The translations under genes were made by a program, and so were the position numbers. The notes under the pieces were generated by a model. It saw nothing but the letters and a program-made list of their open reading frames with translations, searched no databases and was not told the origin of the DNA. From an uncultured Alphaproteobacteria bacterium (lineage in GTDB: Bacteria > Pseudomonadota > Alphaproteobacteria > CALKHQ01), in the NCBI GenBank assembly GCA_937988735.1, contig CALKHQ010000337.1:1-49122 (forward strand): 49,122 nucleotides of DNA. The letters run 5' to 3'. Shown piece by piece: positions 18,794 to 28,078 of this stretch. Positions within the stretch are counted from its first letter, which is position 1; the number at the start of each line of letters is the position of its first letter.

Positions 18794-20095
18794 ATGGCCA
18801 TCGTCGTCTCGATCGGCGCCCTGCTGCTGAGCGTGTTCCTGCTGGTCAGCGGCAACGGCCTGCTCGGCACCCTGCTCGCGGTCCGGATGAACGACGGCCA
18901 GACACCGGCCCAGCTCATCGGCCTGGTGCTGTCCTGCTATTCCGTCGGCTTCGTCGCCGGGGCCTATTCCGCCGGCCGGATCATCAGCCGCGTCGGCCAC
19001 ATCCGCAGCTTCGCCGCCTTTGCCGCCTTTGCCTGCACGGCAATCCTGGTGCACAGCATCGCGCAGGACCTGGTGCTGTGGGCGGCGCTGCGCGTGCTCA
19101 CCGGCTTCTCGATCGCCGCCATGTTCATGGTGACGGAAAGCTGGCTCAACGAGCGCGCGACCAATGCGGTGCGCGGGCTGATGCTCAGCGTCTACATGGT
19201 GTGCAACTACACCGCGTCGGGCGCCGGCCAGTTCCTGCTCAACGCCGGCCCGGTCGAGGGCTCGGTCCTGTTCACCTACGCCGGCATCCTCACCGTGCTG
19301 TCGCTGGTGCCGCTGGCGCTGACGTCCAGCGCGCAGCCGCAGATCCCGGAGCGCCGGCGGTTCGGCGTCGCGCGCCTCTACCGCGTCTCCCCGCTCGCCC
19401 TTGTCAGCGCCATCACCGTCGGCATTTCCACCGGCGGTTTCGGCTCGATGGGACCGGTGTTCGCCCAGGCGGTCGGGCTCGACGTCGATCAGGTGTCGCT
19501 GTTCATGGGTTTCGGCGTCATCGCCGGGCTGCTGCTGCAGTTTCCGATCGGCCTGCTGTCCGACCGGATGGACCGCCGCATCCTGATCCTCGCGGGCAAC
19601 GCTGTCGGGGCGGCGCTGGCGCTCGCCATCTTCTTCCTCGCCTGGACCAGCGACAACGCCCCGCCCTTCGTCTGGCTGCTGGTCGTCACCTGCGCCTGCA
19701 TGTCGGTGCAGTACGTGCTCTATCCGCTGTGCGTTGCCCATGCCAACGACTTCGCCAAGCCGGGCGAATCGACGGGCGTAGCCGGCGGCCTGCTGATGGC
19801 GTGGGGTGCGGGCACCATCTTCGGCCCGATCATCGGTTCGAGCGCGATGGAGCTGCTGGGGCCGCCGGCACTGTGGCTGTCGACGACCGTGCTGCTGGCG
19901 CTGACGGCCGCCTATGCCGGCTGGCGGATGAGCCGGCGGCCGACGGTGGAAGAGACGGTGCCGTTCGTGCCCACGCCGGTGATCGCGACCCCGGTGGCGG
20001 TGGAGCTCGACCCGCGCGCGACCCCGGCGGCCAACGAGGACGCGTCGCCGCCGGGGGTGGAGCCGGTGGCGGACGCGGCCGAGGAGAGCCGGTGA
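18794..20095 (+). CDS. MFS transporter
   Basis: 433-aa ORF with about 12 TM segments (MAIVVSIGALLLSVFLLVSGNGLLGTLL...). The stop overlaps the GTG start of the next gene (GTGA). Confidence 0.85.
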   Translation: MAIVVSIGALLLSVFLLVSGNGLLGTLLAVRMNDGQTPAQLIGLVLSCYSVGFVAGAYSAGRIISRVGHIRSFAAFAAFACTAILVHSIAQDLVLWAALRVLTGFSIAAMFMVTESWLNERATNAVRGLMLSVYMVCNYTASGAGQFLLNAGPVEGSVLFTYAGILTVLSLVPLALTSSAQPQIPERRRFGVARLYRVSPLALVSAITVGISTGGFGSMGPVFAQAVGLDVDQVSLFMGFGVIAGLLLQFPIGLLSDRMDRRILILAGNAVGAALALAIFFLAWTSDNAPPFVWLLVVTCACMSVQYVLYPLCVAHANDFAKPGESTGVAGGLLMAWGAGTIFGPIIGSSAMELLGPPALWLSTTVLLALTAAYAGWRMSRRPTVEETVPFVPTPVIATPVAVELDPRATPAANEDASPPGVEPVADAAEESR

Positions 20096-21213
20096 GGGGC
20101 ATCGGTCGCGCACTCGGGCTCGTGCTGGCGTTGTGCCACCTCGCCGCGCCGGCGCAAGCCGATTTCGCCGCCGGCTATGCCGCCTTCCAGGCCGGCGACT
20201 ACGCCGAGGCGTGGAGCCAGCTCGAGCCGGAGGCGGAGGCGGGCGACCGGCGGGCGCAGTTCCTTCTCGGCGAGATGCTGCTGCGGGGCCTCGGGCGGGG
20301 GGCCGACAGCGCCGCCGCTGCCGGCTGGTTCGAGCGCGCCGTGCGCGAGCCCGACCCCGACCGCTATGCCCTCTACGCGCTCGCCTCGCAGTATTTCAAC
20401 GGCGACGGCGTGGACCGCGATGTCGCGCGGGCGATGGCGCTCTACGAGCGGGCTGCGGACCTTGGCGACGTCGATGCCATGCGCTCGCTGGCCGCGATCC
20501 ACGCCCGCGGCGAGGATGTGCCTCAGGACCTGAACGCGGCGTTGCGCTGGCTGTTTCTTGCCGCGCAGAGCGGGGAGCCGGCGGCAGTGGAGCGGTTCAA
20601 CCGCCTTGCCGGCGTGGCCGGGCGCGTTCCTCCCTTTTCCGGCAGCTGGACGGCGATCGCCTATGTCGCGCCGGCCGACCATCCGAGCTGGCCGGCCAGT
20701 CCGGAATTCCTGCCCGGGCTGATCGGCGCCCGCCTGACCATCGGCGAGCGCAGCTTTGCCATGCCCGGCCGCGCGAGCTGCCCGCGCCCCGCCTTCGTCT
20801 CCGGCACCACCAGCGGCGCCGCGCTGTCGGCGTCGATGGCCGGGGCGCTGCCCTATGGCGCCCTGGCGGCCGACGACACCTCACCGCTGACGACGCTGAT
20901 GGTCACCTGCGACGGCGCGCTGGCGGCGACCATCGTGCGGCTCGCCGACGGGCGCCTGCTGCTGTCCGCACTCGGCGGCGCGCTCCTGTTCGAGTCCGCC
21001 CCGTCGGCGACGGTGGCGGAGGCGCAGCGCCTGCTGACGGCGATCGGCTACCAGCCCGGCCCCGTCGACGGCATCTTCGGGCCGCGGACGGGGGCGGCGC
21101 TGCAGGCGTTCCAGACCGACTCGGGGCTGCTTGCCACCGGCGCGTTCGACGACGCCACGATGTTCGCGCTCGCCGCGCGTGCGGCGGCGGCTCAGGGCGA
21201 GCGGGCCCAATGA
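20092..21213 (+). CDS. exported Sel1-repeat protein with C-terminal peptidoglycan-binding (PG_binding_1) domain
   Basis: Only the last ~373 codons of the artefactual 1081-aa ORF 17968..21213 look real. GTG 20092 gives the signal peptide VRGIGRALGLVLALCHLAAPAQA. Sel1-type repeats include AQFLLGEMLLRGLG and GDVDAMRSLAAIHARGEDVPQDLNAALRWL. The C-terminal AEAQRLLTAIGYQPGPVDGIFGPRTGAALQAFQ is a classic PG-binding motif. Confidence 0.8.
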   Translation: MRGIGRALGLVLALCHLAAPAQADFAAGYAAFQAGDYAEAWSQLEPEAEAGDRRAQFLLGEMLLRGLGRGADSAAAAGWFERAVREPDPDRYALYALASQYFNGDGVDRDVARAMALYERAADLGDVDAMRSLAAIHARGEDVPQDLNAALRWLFLAAQSGEPAAVERFNRLAGVAGRVPPFSGSWTAIAYVAPADHPSWPASPEFLPGLIGARLTIGERSFAMPGRASCPRPAFVSGTTSGAALSASMAGALPYGALAADDTSPLTTLMVTCDGALAATIVRLADGRLLLSALGGALLFESAPSATVAEAQRLLTAIGYQPGPVDGIFGPRTGAALQAFQTDSGLLATGAFDDATMFALAARAAAAQGERAQ

Positions 21214-21459
21214 CCGTTCCGGCGCCGTACAACCGTGGCCGCCAGGCAACGCATCATGGACCTCGCTGCAAGGTATCGCATTCAAATCAATGGCTTAGCA
21301 TGTTGCCCTGTCGCAACAGGCTGTCGGGATATGCCACTGGCGCGATTGACAAAGACGCGAGTCATCAAACAAGGTAACCGCGATTTAATGGAAAATGCCG
21401 GCCTGGCGAGGGAGCGGAGTCCTGCGCCGCTGATCGGCCGGCGCAGGGGCTGGGGCGAG

Positions 21460-23172
21460 ATGAAGCATGATACCCTTCTCGCGGCGCTCGTCGCCGCGGT
21501 GATGGCCGGCTACGCCGGCGCCGTCATGGCACAGCCGATCGACGCGCTGCCGGGCCCTGCCGACCCTGGCCGCATCGACGAGCAGTTCCAGCCCGGCCTT
21601 CCCGAGCCGCTGTCGCGGCCGGAGGAGCGGCCGGATTCGCCGGAGCTGGAGGCGCCGGAAGGGGCCGAGCTTCAGACCTTCGTGCTGAACGGGGTGGTGG
21701 TCGAGGGCTCCACCGTCTTCTCGCAGGCCGATTTCCAGCCGCTGTTCGCCGACCGTATCGGCCAGTCGGTGTCGCTGGCGGACATCTTCGCGATCGCCAA
21801 CCAGGCGACCGCGCTCTACCGCAACAACGGCTACATCCTGTCCCGCGTGGTGGTGCCGCCGCAGGACATCGTCGGCGGGACGGTGACGCTGCAGGCGGTC
21901 GAGGGCTACATCGCCAACGTCACGATCGAGGGCGACGTCGGCGGCGACCGGTCGCTGCTGGAGGCCTATGGCGCGAAGATCGCGGCAGCGCGTCCGCTGA
22001 ACGCGGCCGATCTCGAGCGCTACCTGCTGCTGGCGGGCGACCTCGCCGGGGCCGACGCCCGCGGCGTGCTCTCGCCGTCGCAGGACACGCCGGGCGCTTC
22101 CGACCTCACCATCGTGATGGAGCACGACTACGTCGACGGCTTCGCCGCCATCGACAACCGCGGGTCGCGGTTCGTCGGCGAGTGGATCGGCACCGCGGGC
22201 GTCGGCCTGAACTCGCTGCTCGGCTTCTACGAGGAGTTCAACCTCACCGTTGCCACCTCCTCCGACTTCAGCGAGCTCGCCTTCGCCGAGTTCGCGGCCA
22301 CGATGCCGGTGGGCACCGAGGGCACTACCATCACGGGCCGTGCCTCGACCTCCTTCTCCGAGCCCGGCGACATCCTGTCCGACGCCGATGTGGACAGCCG
22401 CTCCTGGCGCTTCGTGCTCGAGGGAACCCATCCGGTGATCCGGTCGCGCACCGAGAACCTGTTCGTCTCCGGCCGGTTCGAGTGGAACCACTTCAAGTCC
22501 ACCACCTTCGGCGTCGACCTCAGCGACGACGATCTCCGCGTCCTGCGGGCGTCGGCCACCTACGACTTCGTCGACGACCTCCTGGGTGTGAACCTGATCC
22601 GCGGCACGATCAGCCAGGGGCTGCCGATCCTCGGCGCCAGCGAGTCCGACGATCCGGCGAAGTCGCGGGAGGAAGGCAGCGGCACCTTCACCAAGCTGCA
22701 GATCGACCTGCAGCGGCTGCAGCGAATCGCGCCGGGCCTCAACCTGCTCGTCGCCGCGCAGGGCCAGGTCGCGAGCGGCGCGCTGCTGGCGAGCGAGGAG
22801 TTCGGCGTCGGCGGCCCCAGTGTCGGCCGCGGCTTCAACAGCTCCGAGATCATCGGCGACCACGGGCTGTCGGCGAAGCTGGAGCTGCAGTACGGCCGGT
22901 CGCTCGACAACTACCTCGGCTTCGTCGACAGCTACCAGCTCTACGGCTTCTACGACGCGGGCATCGTGTGGAACGTGGACCAGCCGGAGAACAGCGGCAT
23001 CCCGGCCCAGGACACGCTGCATTCGATCGGTGCCGGCGTGCGGATGAACCTGCTGGACGACATCTCGCTGAACCTGGAGATCGCCCATCGCCTGGGCGCG
23101 AACGACAACAACATCGAGAACCTCGGCCTGAGTGACACCCGCGGCTACCTCAGCGTCATTGCGCGGTTCTGA
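21460..23172 (+). CDS. ShlB/FhaC/HecB-family outer-membrane two-partner-secretion transporter (TpsB)
   Basis: Starts at ATG 21460 inside ORF 21235..23172, giving the signal peptide MKHDTLLAALVAAVMAGYAGAVMA. The POTRA region reads FVLNGVVVEGSTVF...ATALYRNNGYILSRVVVPPQDIVGGTVTLQAVEGYI. The beta-barrel carries the FGVGGPSVGRGF motif and ends in aromatic F. Confidence 0.85.
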   Translation: MKHDTLLAALVAAVMAGYAGAVMAQPIDALPGPADPGRIDEQFQPGLPEPLSRPEERPDSPELEAPEGAELQTFVLNGVVVEGSTVFSQADFQPLFADRIGQSVSLADIFAIANQATALYRNNGYILSRVVVPPQDIVGGTVTLQAVEGYIANVTIEGDVGGDRSLLEAYGAKIAAARPLNAADLERYLLLAGDLAGADARGVLSPSQDTPGASDLTIVMEHDYVDGFAAIDNRGSRFVGEWIGTAGVGLNSLLGFYEEFNLTVATSSDFSELAFAEFAATMPVGTEGTTITGRASTSFSEPGDILSDADVDSRSWRFVLEGTHPVIRSRTENLFVSGRFEWNHFKSTTFGVDLSDDDLRVLRASATYDFVDDLLGVNLIRGTISQGLPILGASESDDPAKSREEGSGTFTKLQIDLQRLQRIAPGLNLLVAAQGQVASGALLASEEFGVGGPSVGRGFNSSEIIGDHGLSAKLELQYGRSLDNYLGFVDSYQLYGFYDAGIVWNVDQPENSGIPAQDTLHSIGAGVRMNLLDDISLNLEIAHRLGANDNNIENLGLSDTRGYLSVIARF

Positions 23173-23176
23173 GCGG

Positions 23177-23854
23177 GTGACGGGTGTGCGGCGGGCGGCC
23201 GGCGCGCTGATCCTGGCGCTGGCGGTCGTCCTGCCGGCGCCGGGCCGGGCGACGGTGCCCGGCGACGCGCCGGTATCCGGCGCGGAAGCGCCCGACGCCG
23301 GGGCGGAGGCGCCTGCGCCCCGCATCTCCGGCTTCCGCTCCGCCGCCTTCGGCGATGACGAAAGCGCGGTGCGCCGCGCCATCTACCGGGATTTCGGGCT
23401 GGCCGGCGACGATGTCGTCCGCACCCGCAACGACCTCGAGCAGACCACCGTGCTGTCGATCGCGGTGGACGACCTGATTCCGGACGCGGGCCGGGCGCGG
23501 GTCAGCTACGTGCTCGGCCGGGGCGGCCGCCTGATCCAGGTGACCGTGCTGTGGGGACTCGACATCGACCCGTCAGTGCAGACGGTGGACCTGGAGGCGG
23601 CTGCCGCGCTGCTGATGGGCTACTTCGGCGAGCAGGGATACGTGTCGGAGGGCGGGCCGGCCCCGGTGGCCTTCGTCGACGGCAGCAACCTGCTGTTCTA
23701 TGCGCGCGATGCCGAGGGCGGGGGCCTCGCCCTCAGCGCACTGCCGCGCCGCGACCCGGAGGCGCCGGCGGACGCACCGCCGATCCTGCGGCTCGCCTAC
23801 ACCGCCGACGTCGCCAACCCGGACGTGTTCCGCGCGCCGTCGATCACGCCCTGA
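23177..23854 (+). CDS. hypothetical exported protein
   Basis: In frame with ORF 23132..23854. GTG 23177 (or 23186) lies 4 nt after the tpsB stop and gives the signal-like RRAAGALILALAVVLPAPGRA. GC3 is high. I recognise no family motif and see no TPS-domain NPNL/NPNGI motifs. Confidence 0.55.
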   Translation: MTGVRRAAGALILALAVVLPAPGRATVPGDAPVSGAEAPDAGAEAPAPRISGFRSAAFGDDESAVRRAIYRDFGLAGDDVVRTRNDLEQTTVLSIAVDDLIPDAGRARVSYVLGRGGRLIQVTVLWGLDIDPSVQTVDLEAAAALLMGYFGEQGYVSEGGPAPVAFVDGSNLLFYARDAEGGGLALSALPRRDPEAPADAPPILRLAYTADVANPDVFRAPSITP

Positions 23855-23899
23855 GACACTGCGGACGCCCGCTGCCGCGGGGACAGACGCTGCGCCCCG

Positions 23900-24643
23900 T
23901 CAGCTGTGGCGCCACCACATCGTCTCGTTGACGCTGTAGTACGGCCGGTAGTGGCGGATGGAGTCGACGCGCACCACCTGCTCGATCTGGTTGTCCAGCA
24001 GATAGGCGACGCCCTCGTGATAGATCACCAGCACCGCGTGCACGAGGTTGAGGTTGGTGTCATGCACGATCGCGATGCGCATCTCCTCGTTGGAGAAGCC
24101 GAGCTGGCGCAGCGTCATGAACTTGGCGATCGCATAGTCCTCGCAGTCGCCGCTGCGGTCGAAGAACTCGCCCGGCGTCGCCCAGTAGTCGGTGACGCCG
24201 TAGTTGTCGATGTCCTCAATGTAGCGGGCGCTGTTCATCCGCCGGTTGACCTCGACGATCTGGCTCCACCGGTCCAGGCCGCGCAGGCTTTCGATGAACA
24301 CGCCCCACTGCTGGAGCTTGCAGCTATCGCCCGGGGCGCATTCCTGGTGCATCCGCGCCCGCTCGGCGTCATGGGCGCTCAGCACGTGCGTCCACTTGGT
24401 GAACGGGGACAGGTCGGTGCTGGGCATGCCGGGCGCGCCGAACAGCGGTGGCGCCATCCCCGACAGGTCGACCGCGCCGGCACCGGCGGCAGCGGACAGC
24501 ATCGTTGCCGCGGCGAAGGCCCCGGCCGCCAGGCCCCCGAGCCGGGACCGGGGCGCCCGCCCCGTGACCGCCCGGGGAGAGAACGCGCGCTCGGGCAGGC
24601 GACGCCGGAGCGCGTTTTGTGCTTTCTGCAGCGCATTCATCAT
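23900..24643 (-). CDS. bacterial transglutaminase-like cysteine proteinase (BTLCP, Peptidase_C93, LapG-like)
   Basis: 247 aa with an N-terminal export region. Catalytic-triad context: SGDCEDYAIAKF (Cys), LVHAVLVIY (His), YLLDNQ (Asp). Ends with the RPYYSVNE block typical of the family. Confidence 0.85.
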   Translation of the reverse strand: MMNALQKAQNALRRRLPERAFSPRAVTGRAPRSRLGGLAAGAFAAATMLSAAAGAGAVDLSGMAPPLFGAPGMPSTDLSPFTKWTHVLSAHDAERARMHQECAPGDSCKLQQWGVFIESLRGLDRWSQIVEVNRRMNSARYIEDIDNYGVTDYWATPGEFFDRSGDCEDYAIAKFMTLRQLGFSNEEMRIAIVHDTNLNLVHAVLVIYHEGVAYLLDNQIEQVVRVDSIRHYRPYYSVNETMWWRHS

Positions 24644-24770
24644 GCGCCGATTGTGGCGCAGACGGTTTAATGGACGATGAAATCAGTGTCACCAACGCTG
24701 CCTGCAAGTGACAGTTTGTAACGAATTGCAGCGCCGGCCAGCGGGGTCCCGGTGCCGCGCGGTCGCCGCC

Positions 24771-25382
24771 TCAGTGCACGGGCGCGATGGCGGGCATGCC
24801 CGCGGCTCCGGGCAGCGCGCCGTTGCCGATGCCGGTGTCGATCGGCCGGATCCCGGCGTCGGCGGTGACGGTCAGCGTTGCCGGCACCGCCGCGTGGGCG
24901 CAGGTGCTGCCTTCCGGAATCCAGCCCAGCATCACGGTCACCTCGCGGCTGCCAGGCGCCAGCGGCACGTCGCGGATCGCGGTGGCAACGCCATGGCCGC
25001 CGGCGAAGGCCTCGGCAACCGGCAGGCCGTCGAGCAGCACCAGGTCGGGCGTCACGTCCACCGCGGTCATCAGGTTCTCCGGCGCATCGGCCGCCGGCGC
25101 CCAGATCAGCCGGAAATGCCCGGTCGCCGGCCACCCGGCCTGCTGCGCGATCGCGAAGCTGTGCGGGCCGGTGCGGGTCATCGGAACCGTGGTCACGCCG
25201 ACCGGCCCCTCGACGGCGACATGGGCCTCGGCCAGTTCCAGGTCCTGGCAGAAGCCGGCGCCGATTTCCATCGGCACGGTCATCATCGGATCCAGGTCCA
25301 TCATGACGGGGGCATCGGGGTCGGCAAGGGCGGTGCCGGACAGGAGGACGGCCGCAACGCCGGAGGCAATCAGCGCTTTCAT
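24771..25382 (-). CDS. hypothetical exported protein
   Basis: Starts at ATG 25382 inside ORF 24771..25469, giving the signal peptide MKALIASGVAAVLLSGTALA. GC3 is high. No motif recognised. Confidence 0.55.
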   Translation of the reverse strand: MKALIASGVAAVLLSGTALADPDAPVMMDLDPMMTVPMEIGAGFCQDLELAEAHVAVEGPVGVTTVPMTRTGPHSFAIAQQAGWPATGHFRLIWAPAADAPENLMTAVDVTPDLVLLDGLPVAEAFAGGHGVATAIRDVPLAPGSREVTVMLGWIPEGSTCAHAAVPATLTVTADAGIRPIDTGIGNGALPGAAGMPAIAPVH

Positions 25383-25681
25383 CGGAGGATCCCGGGCTGT
25401 GAGGGGAGGGCAATGGCGCGCAGGGCGCCGGACAGCCCGTGGGTCGCTTCGTCGCTGCTGGCGGTTCACTGCCTGCGGCCGTTTCCGTGATGTGCGCCCG
25501 GAACGACGGTCGCATCCCGTTTGTCGGCCGTTGATTTGCCGCGCCCGGCCGATCTAGGCTCGCCCCTTGCAATCCATAGCGATCCATCGGATCGTGCCGC
25601 CATGCCGCATCGGCTGTTTGCCCGGCTTCGCGGCCAATCATCACAGCGCATGCGCTCGACGCCAACGGAGGAGGTCTGAAG

Positions 25682-28012
25682 GTGAAATTCGGTGTTGGAC
25701 AGGCCGTGCAACGCAAGGAAGACCAGCGCTTCCTTACCGGCACCGGCCGCTATCTCGACGACATCAAGCTTCCGGGACAGGCGCATGCGGTCTTCCTGCG
25801 CTCGCCGCACGCCAGCGCGAAGATCAACAGCATCGACGTCAGCGAGGCGCTTCAGGCGCCCGGCGTGATCGCGGTGCTCACGGCTGCCGACGCCGAAGCC
25901 GATGGCGTCCCGCCGATTCCCTGCATGGCCGAGGTGAAGCCCAAGCCCGGCACGACGCAGAAGATGCCGCCGCGCCCGATTCTCGAAGGCACGCACGTGC
26001 GCCATGTCGGAACCGCGGTGGCGATGGTGATCGCCGAGACGGTGGCGCAGGCCCGCGACGCGCTGGAGCTGATCCAGGTCGACTACGATCCGCAGCCGGC
26101 GGTGGTCAGCATGCGTGACGCGCTGAAGCCGGGTGCGCCGCAGGTCTGGGACGAGGCGCCGGGCAACATCGCCTTCGAGTGGATCGACGGCGACGAGCAG
26201 GCCACCGAAGCCGCCTTCGCGAAGGCCGACCGCATCGTCACGCTGGAGCTGATCAACAACCGCGTCGTGGCGAACTCGATGGAGCCGCGCGGCTCGATCG
26301 GCCACTACAATCCGGCGGACGACACCTGGACCCTCTACAACTCCTCCCAGGGCGCCCACTCCAACAAGGACATGCTGCTCAGCACCTATCTGAAGGGCGT
26401 GGACCCGGACAAGGTGCGCGTGCTGTGCCCCGACGTCGGCGGCGGCTTCGGCATGAAGATCTTCCTCTATCCGGAATCGGTCGCCGTGCTGTGGGCGTCG
26501 AAGCGGCTGGGCCGGCCGGTGAAGTGGGTGAACGACCGCTCCGACTCCTTCATGTCGGACGCGCAGGCGCGCGACCACATCACCACCGTGTCCGCGGCCC
26601 TCGACAAGGACTGCCGGATCATCGGCCTGAAGGCGGAGACGCTTGCCAACATGGGCGGCTACCTCTCCAACTTCGCGCCCTACATCCCGACCGGCGCCGG
26701 CAAGGGCATGCACATCGGCGTCTATGACATTCCGGCGGCGTTCGTGCACGTGACCGGCGTGTTCACCCACACCGTGCCCACCGACGCCTACCGCGGCGCC
26801 GGCCGGCCGGAGGCCGCCTACATGATCGAGCGGCTGGTGGACAAGATCGGGCGCGAGACGGGGCTGGGGCCGGCGGAGATCCGGCGGCGCAACTTCGTCA
26901 AGGCGTCGCAGATGCCCTACACCTCGGTGCTCGGGCTCACCTACGACAGCGGCGATTTCGAGCGCAACATGCGCGACGCGATGGCCGACGCCGACTGGGA
27001 CGGGTTCCCGGCCCGCAAGGCGGAGGCGGCGCGGCGGGGCAAGCTGCGCGGCATCGGCATGTCCTACTACATCGAGATCTGCGGCGGTGCGCCGAGCGTG
27101 CCCGCGCTGCTGCGGTTCGAGGAGGACGACACCGTCACCGCGATCATCACCACCCAGTCCAACGGCCAGGGTCACGAGACCGCCTACTCGCAGATCATCG
27201 CCGACCGGCTGGGCGTGCCGTTCGAGAAGGTGAACGTGAAGCAGGGCGACACCAGCTGGATGAAGACGGGCAGCTTCACCGGCGGCTCGCGCTCGGTTCC
27301 GGTGGGCGGCGTCTCCGCGCAGATGGCTTCCGACGCCATCATCGAGAAGGGCAAGGCGATGGCCGCGGAGCTGCTGGAGGCCGCCGAGGCCGACATCGAG
27401 TTCCGCGACGGCCAGTACGTCATCGCCGGCACCGACCGGACGGTGGACATCTACGCCGTCGCCCGCGCCTGGCGGCAGAAGCACGACGGGCCGGACAGCC
27501 TGCTCAGCGCCTATGCCGAGTTCGCGCCGGACGCGGCGACCTTCCCCAACGGCTGCCACATCTGCGAGGTCGAGATCGACCCCGAGAGCGGGCAGACCGA
27601 GATCGTGCGCTATACGATCGTCGACGACTTCGGTAAGGTCATCAACCCGACGCTGCTCACCGGCCAGGTTCACGGCGGCGTCGGCCAGGGCATCGGCCAG
27701 GCCCTCTACGAGGGCGCGGTCTACAGCGAGGACGGCCAGCTCGTGACCGGCTCGTTCATGGACTACGGCATGCCGCGGGCCGACTACAGCCCGACCATCT
27801 CCTTCCGCTGGAACGAGATCCCCTGCACGACCAACCCGCTGGGGATCAAGGGCTGCGGCGAGGCGGGCGCGATCGGTGCGCCGCCCGCGGTGATCAACGC
27901 GATCCTGGACGCCCTGATCGACCAGGGCGTCACCCGCATCGACATGCCGGCGACGCCGCACGCGATCTGGCGGGCGCTGCAGGCGGCGAAGATGCCGCAG
28001 GCGGCCGAATAG
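25682..28012 (+). CDS. molybdopterin-binding large subunit of the xanthine dehydrogenase/CO dehydrogenase family, form-II CoxL-like
   Basis: 776 aa with a GTG start (MKFGVGQAVQRKEDQRFLTGTGRYLDDI...). The active-site loop reads AYRGAGR (form II), not AYXCSFR (form I). The C-terminal block is GIKGCGEAGAIGAPPAV. Confidence 0.9.
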   Translation: MKFGVGQAVQRKEDQRFLTGTGRYLDDIKLPGQAHAVFLRSPHASAKINSIDVSEALQAPGVIAVLTAADAEADGVPPIPCMAEVKPKPGTTQKMPPRPILEGTHVRHVGTAVAMVIAETVAQARDALELIQVDYDPQPAVVSMRDALKPGAPQVWDEAPGNIAFEWIDGDEQATEAAFAKADRIVTLELINNRVVANSMEPRGSIGHYNPADDTWTLYNSSQGAHSNKDMLLSTYLKGVDPDKVRVLCPDVGGGFGMKIFLYPESVAVLWASKRLGRPVKWVNDRSDSFMSDAQARDHITTVSAALDKDCRIIGLKAETLANMGGYLSNFAPYIPTGAGKGMHIGVYDIPAAFVHVTGVFTHTVPTDAYRGAGRPEAAYMIERLVDKIGRETGLGPAEIRRRNFVKASQMPYTSVLGLTYDSGDFERNMRDAMADADWDGFPARKAEAARRGKLRGIGMSYYIEICGGAPSVPALLRFEEDDTVTAIITTQSNGQGHETAYSQIIADRLGVPFEKVNVKQGDTSWMKTGSFTGGSRSVPVGGVSAQMASDAIIEKGKAMAAELLEAAEADIEFRDGQYVIAGTDRTVDIYAVARAWRQKHDGPDSLLSAYAEFAPDAATFPNGCHICEVEIDPESGQTEIVRYTIVDDFGKVINPTLLTGQVHGGVGQGIGQALYEGAVYSEDGQLVTGSFMDYGMPRADYSPTISFRWNEIPCTTNPLGIKGCGEAGAIGAPPAVINAILDALIDQGVTRIDMPATPHAIWRALQAAKMPQAAE

Positions 28013-28040
28013 GGCCTCTGCCGGGTCTCCCGGATCGAAG

Positions 28041-28078
28041 CCGCCGCCCCGGGCAACCGGGGCGGCGGTTCTGCTTCT
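28041..28078 (+). terminator. intrinsic terminator after the CoxL-like gene (possibly bidirectional)
   Basis: 12-bp GC stem CCGCCGCCCCGG (28041-28052) paired with CCGGGGCGGCGG (28057-28068) around a GCAA tetraloop. It is followed by the T-rich TTCTGCTTCT, which overlaps the pirin stop codon. Confidence 0.6.

Noticed and set aside
17968-20091. N-terminal ~700 codons of the 1081-aa ORF 17968..21213
   Set aside because: This part runs antisense through dapB and out-of-frame through the MFS gene. Only the last ~373 codons, from GTG 20092 with a signal peptide, look like a real protein.
21214-21459. Sigma70 promoter at TTGACA (21346-21351) upstream of tpsB
   Set aside because: The -35 is perfect, but I cannot find an acceptable -10 hexamer at 16-19 nt. 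The site is recorded only as one instance of the TGACAAAG octamer.
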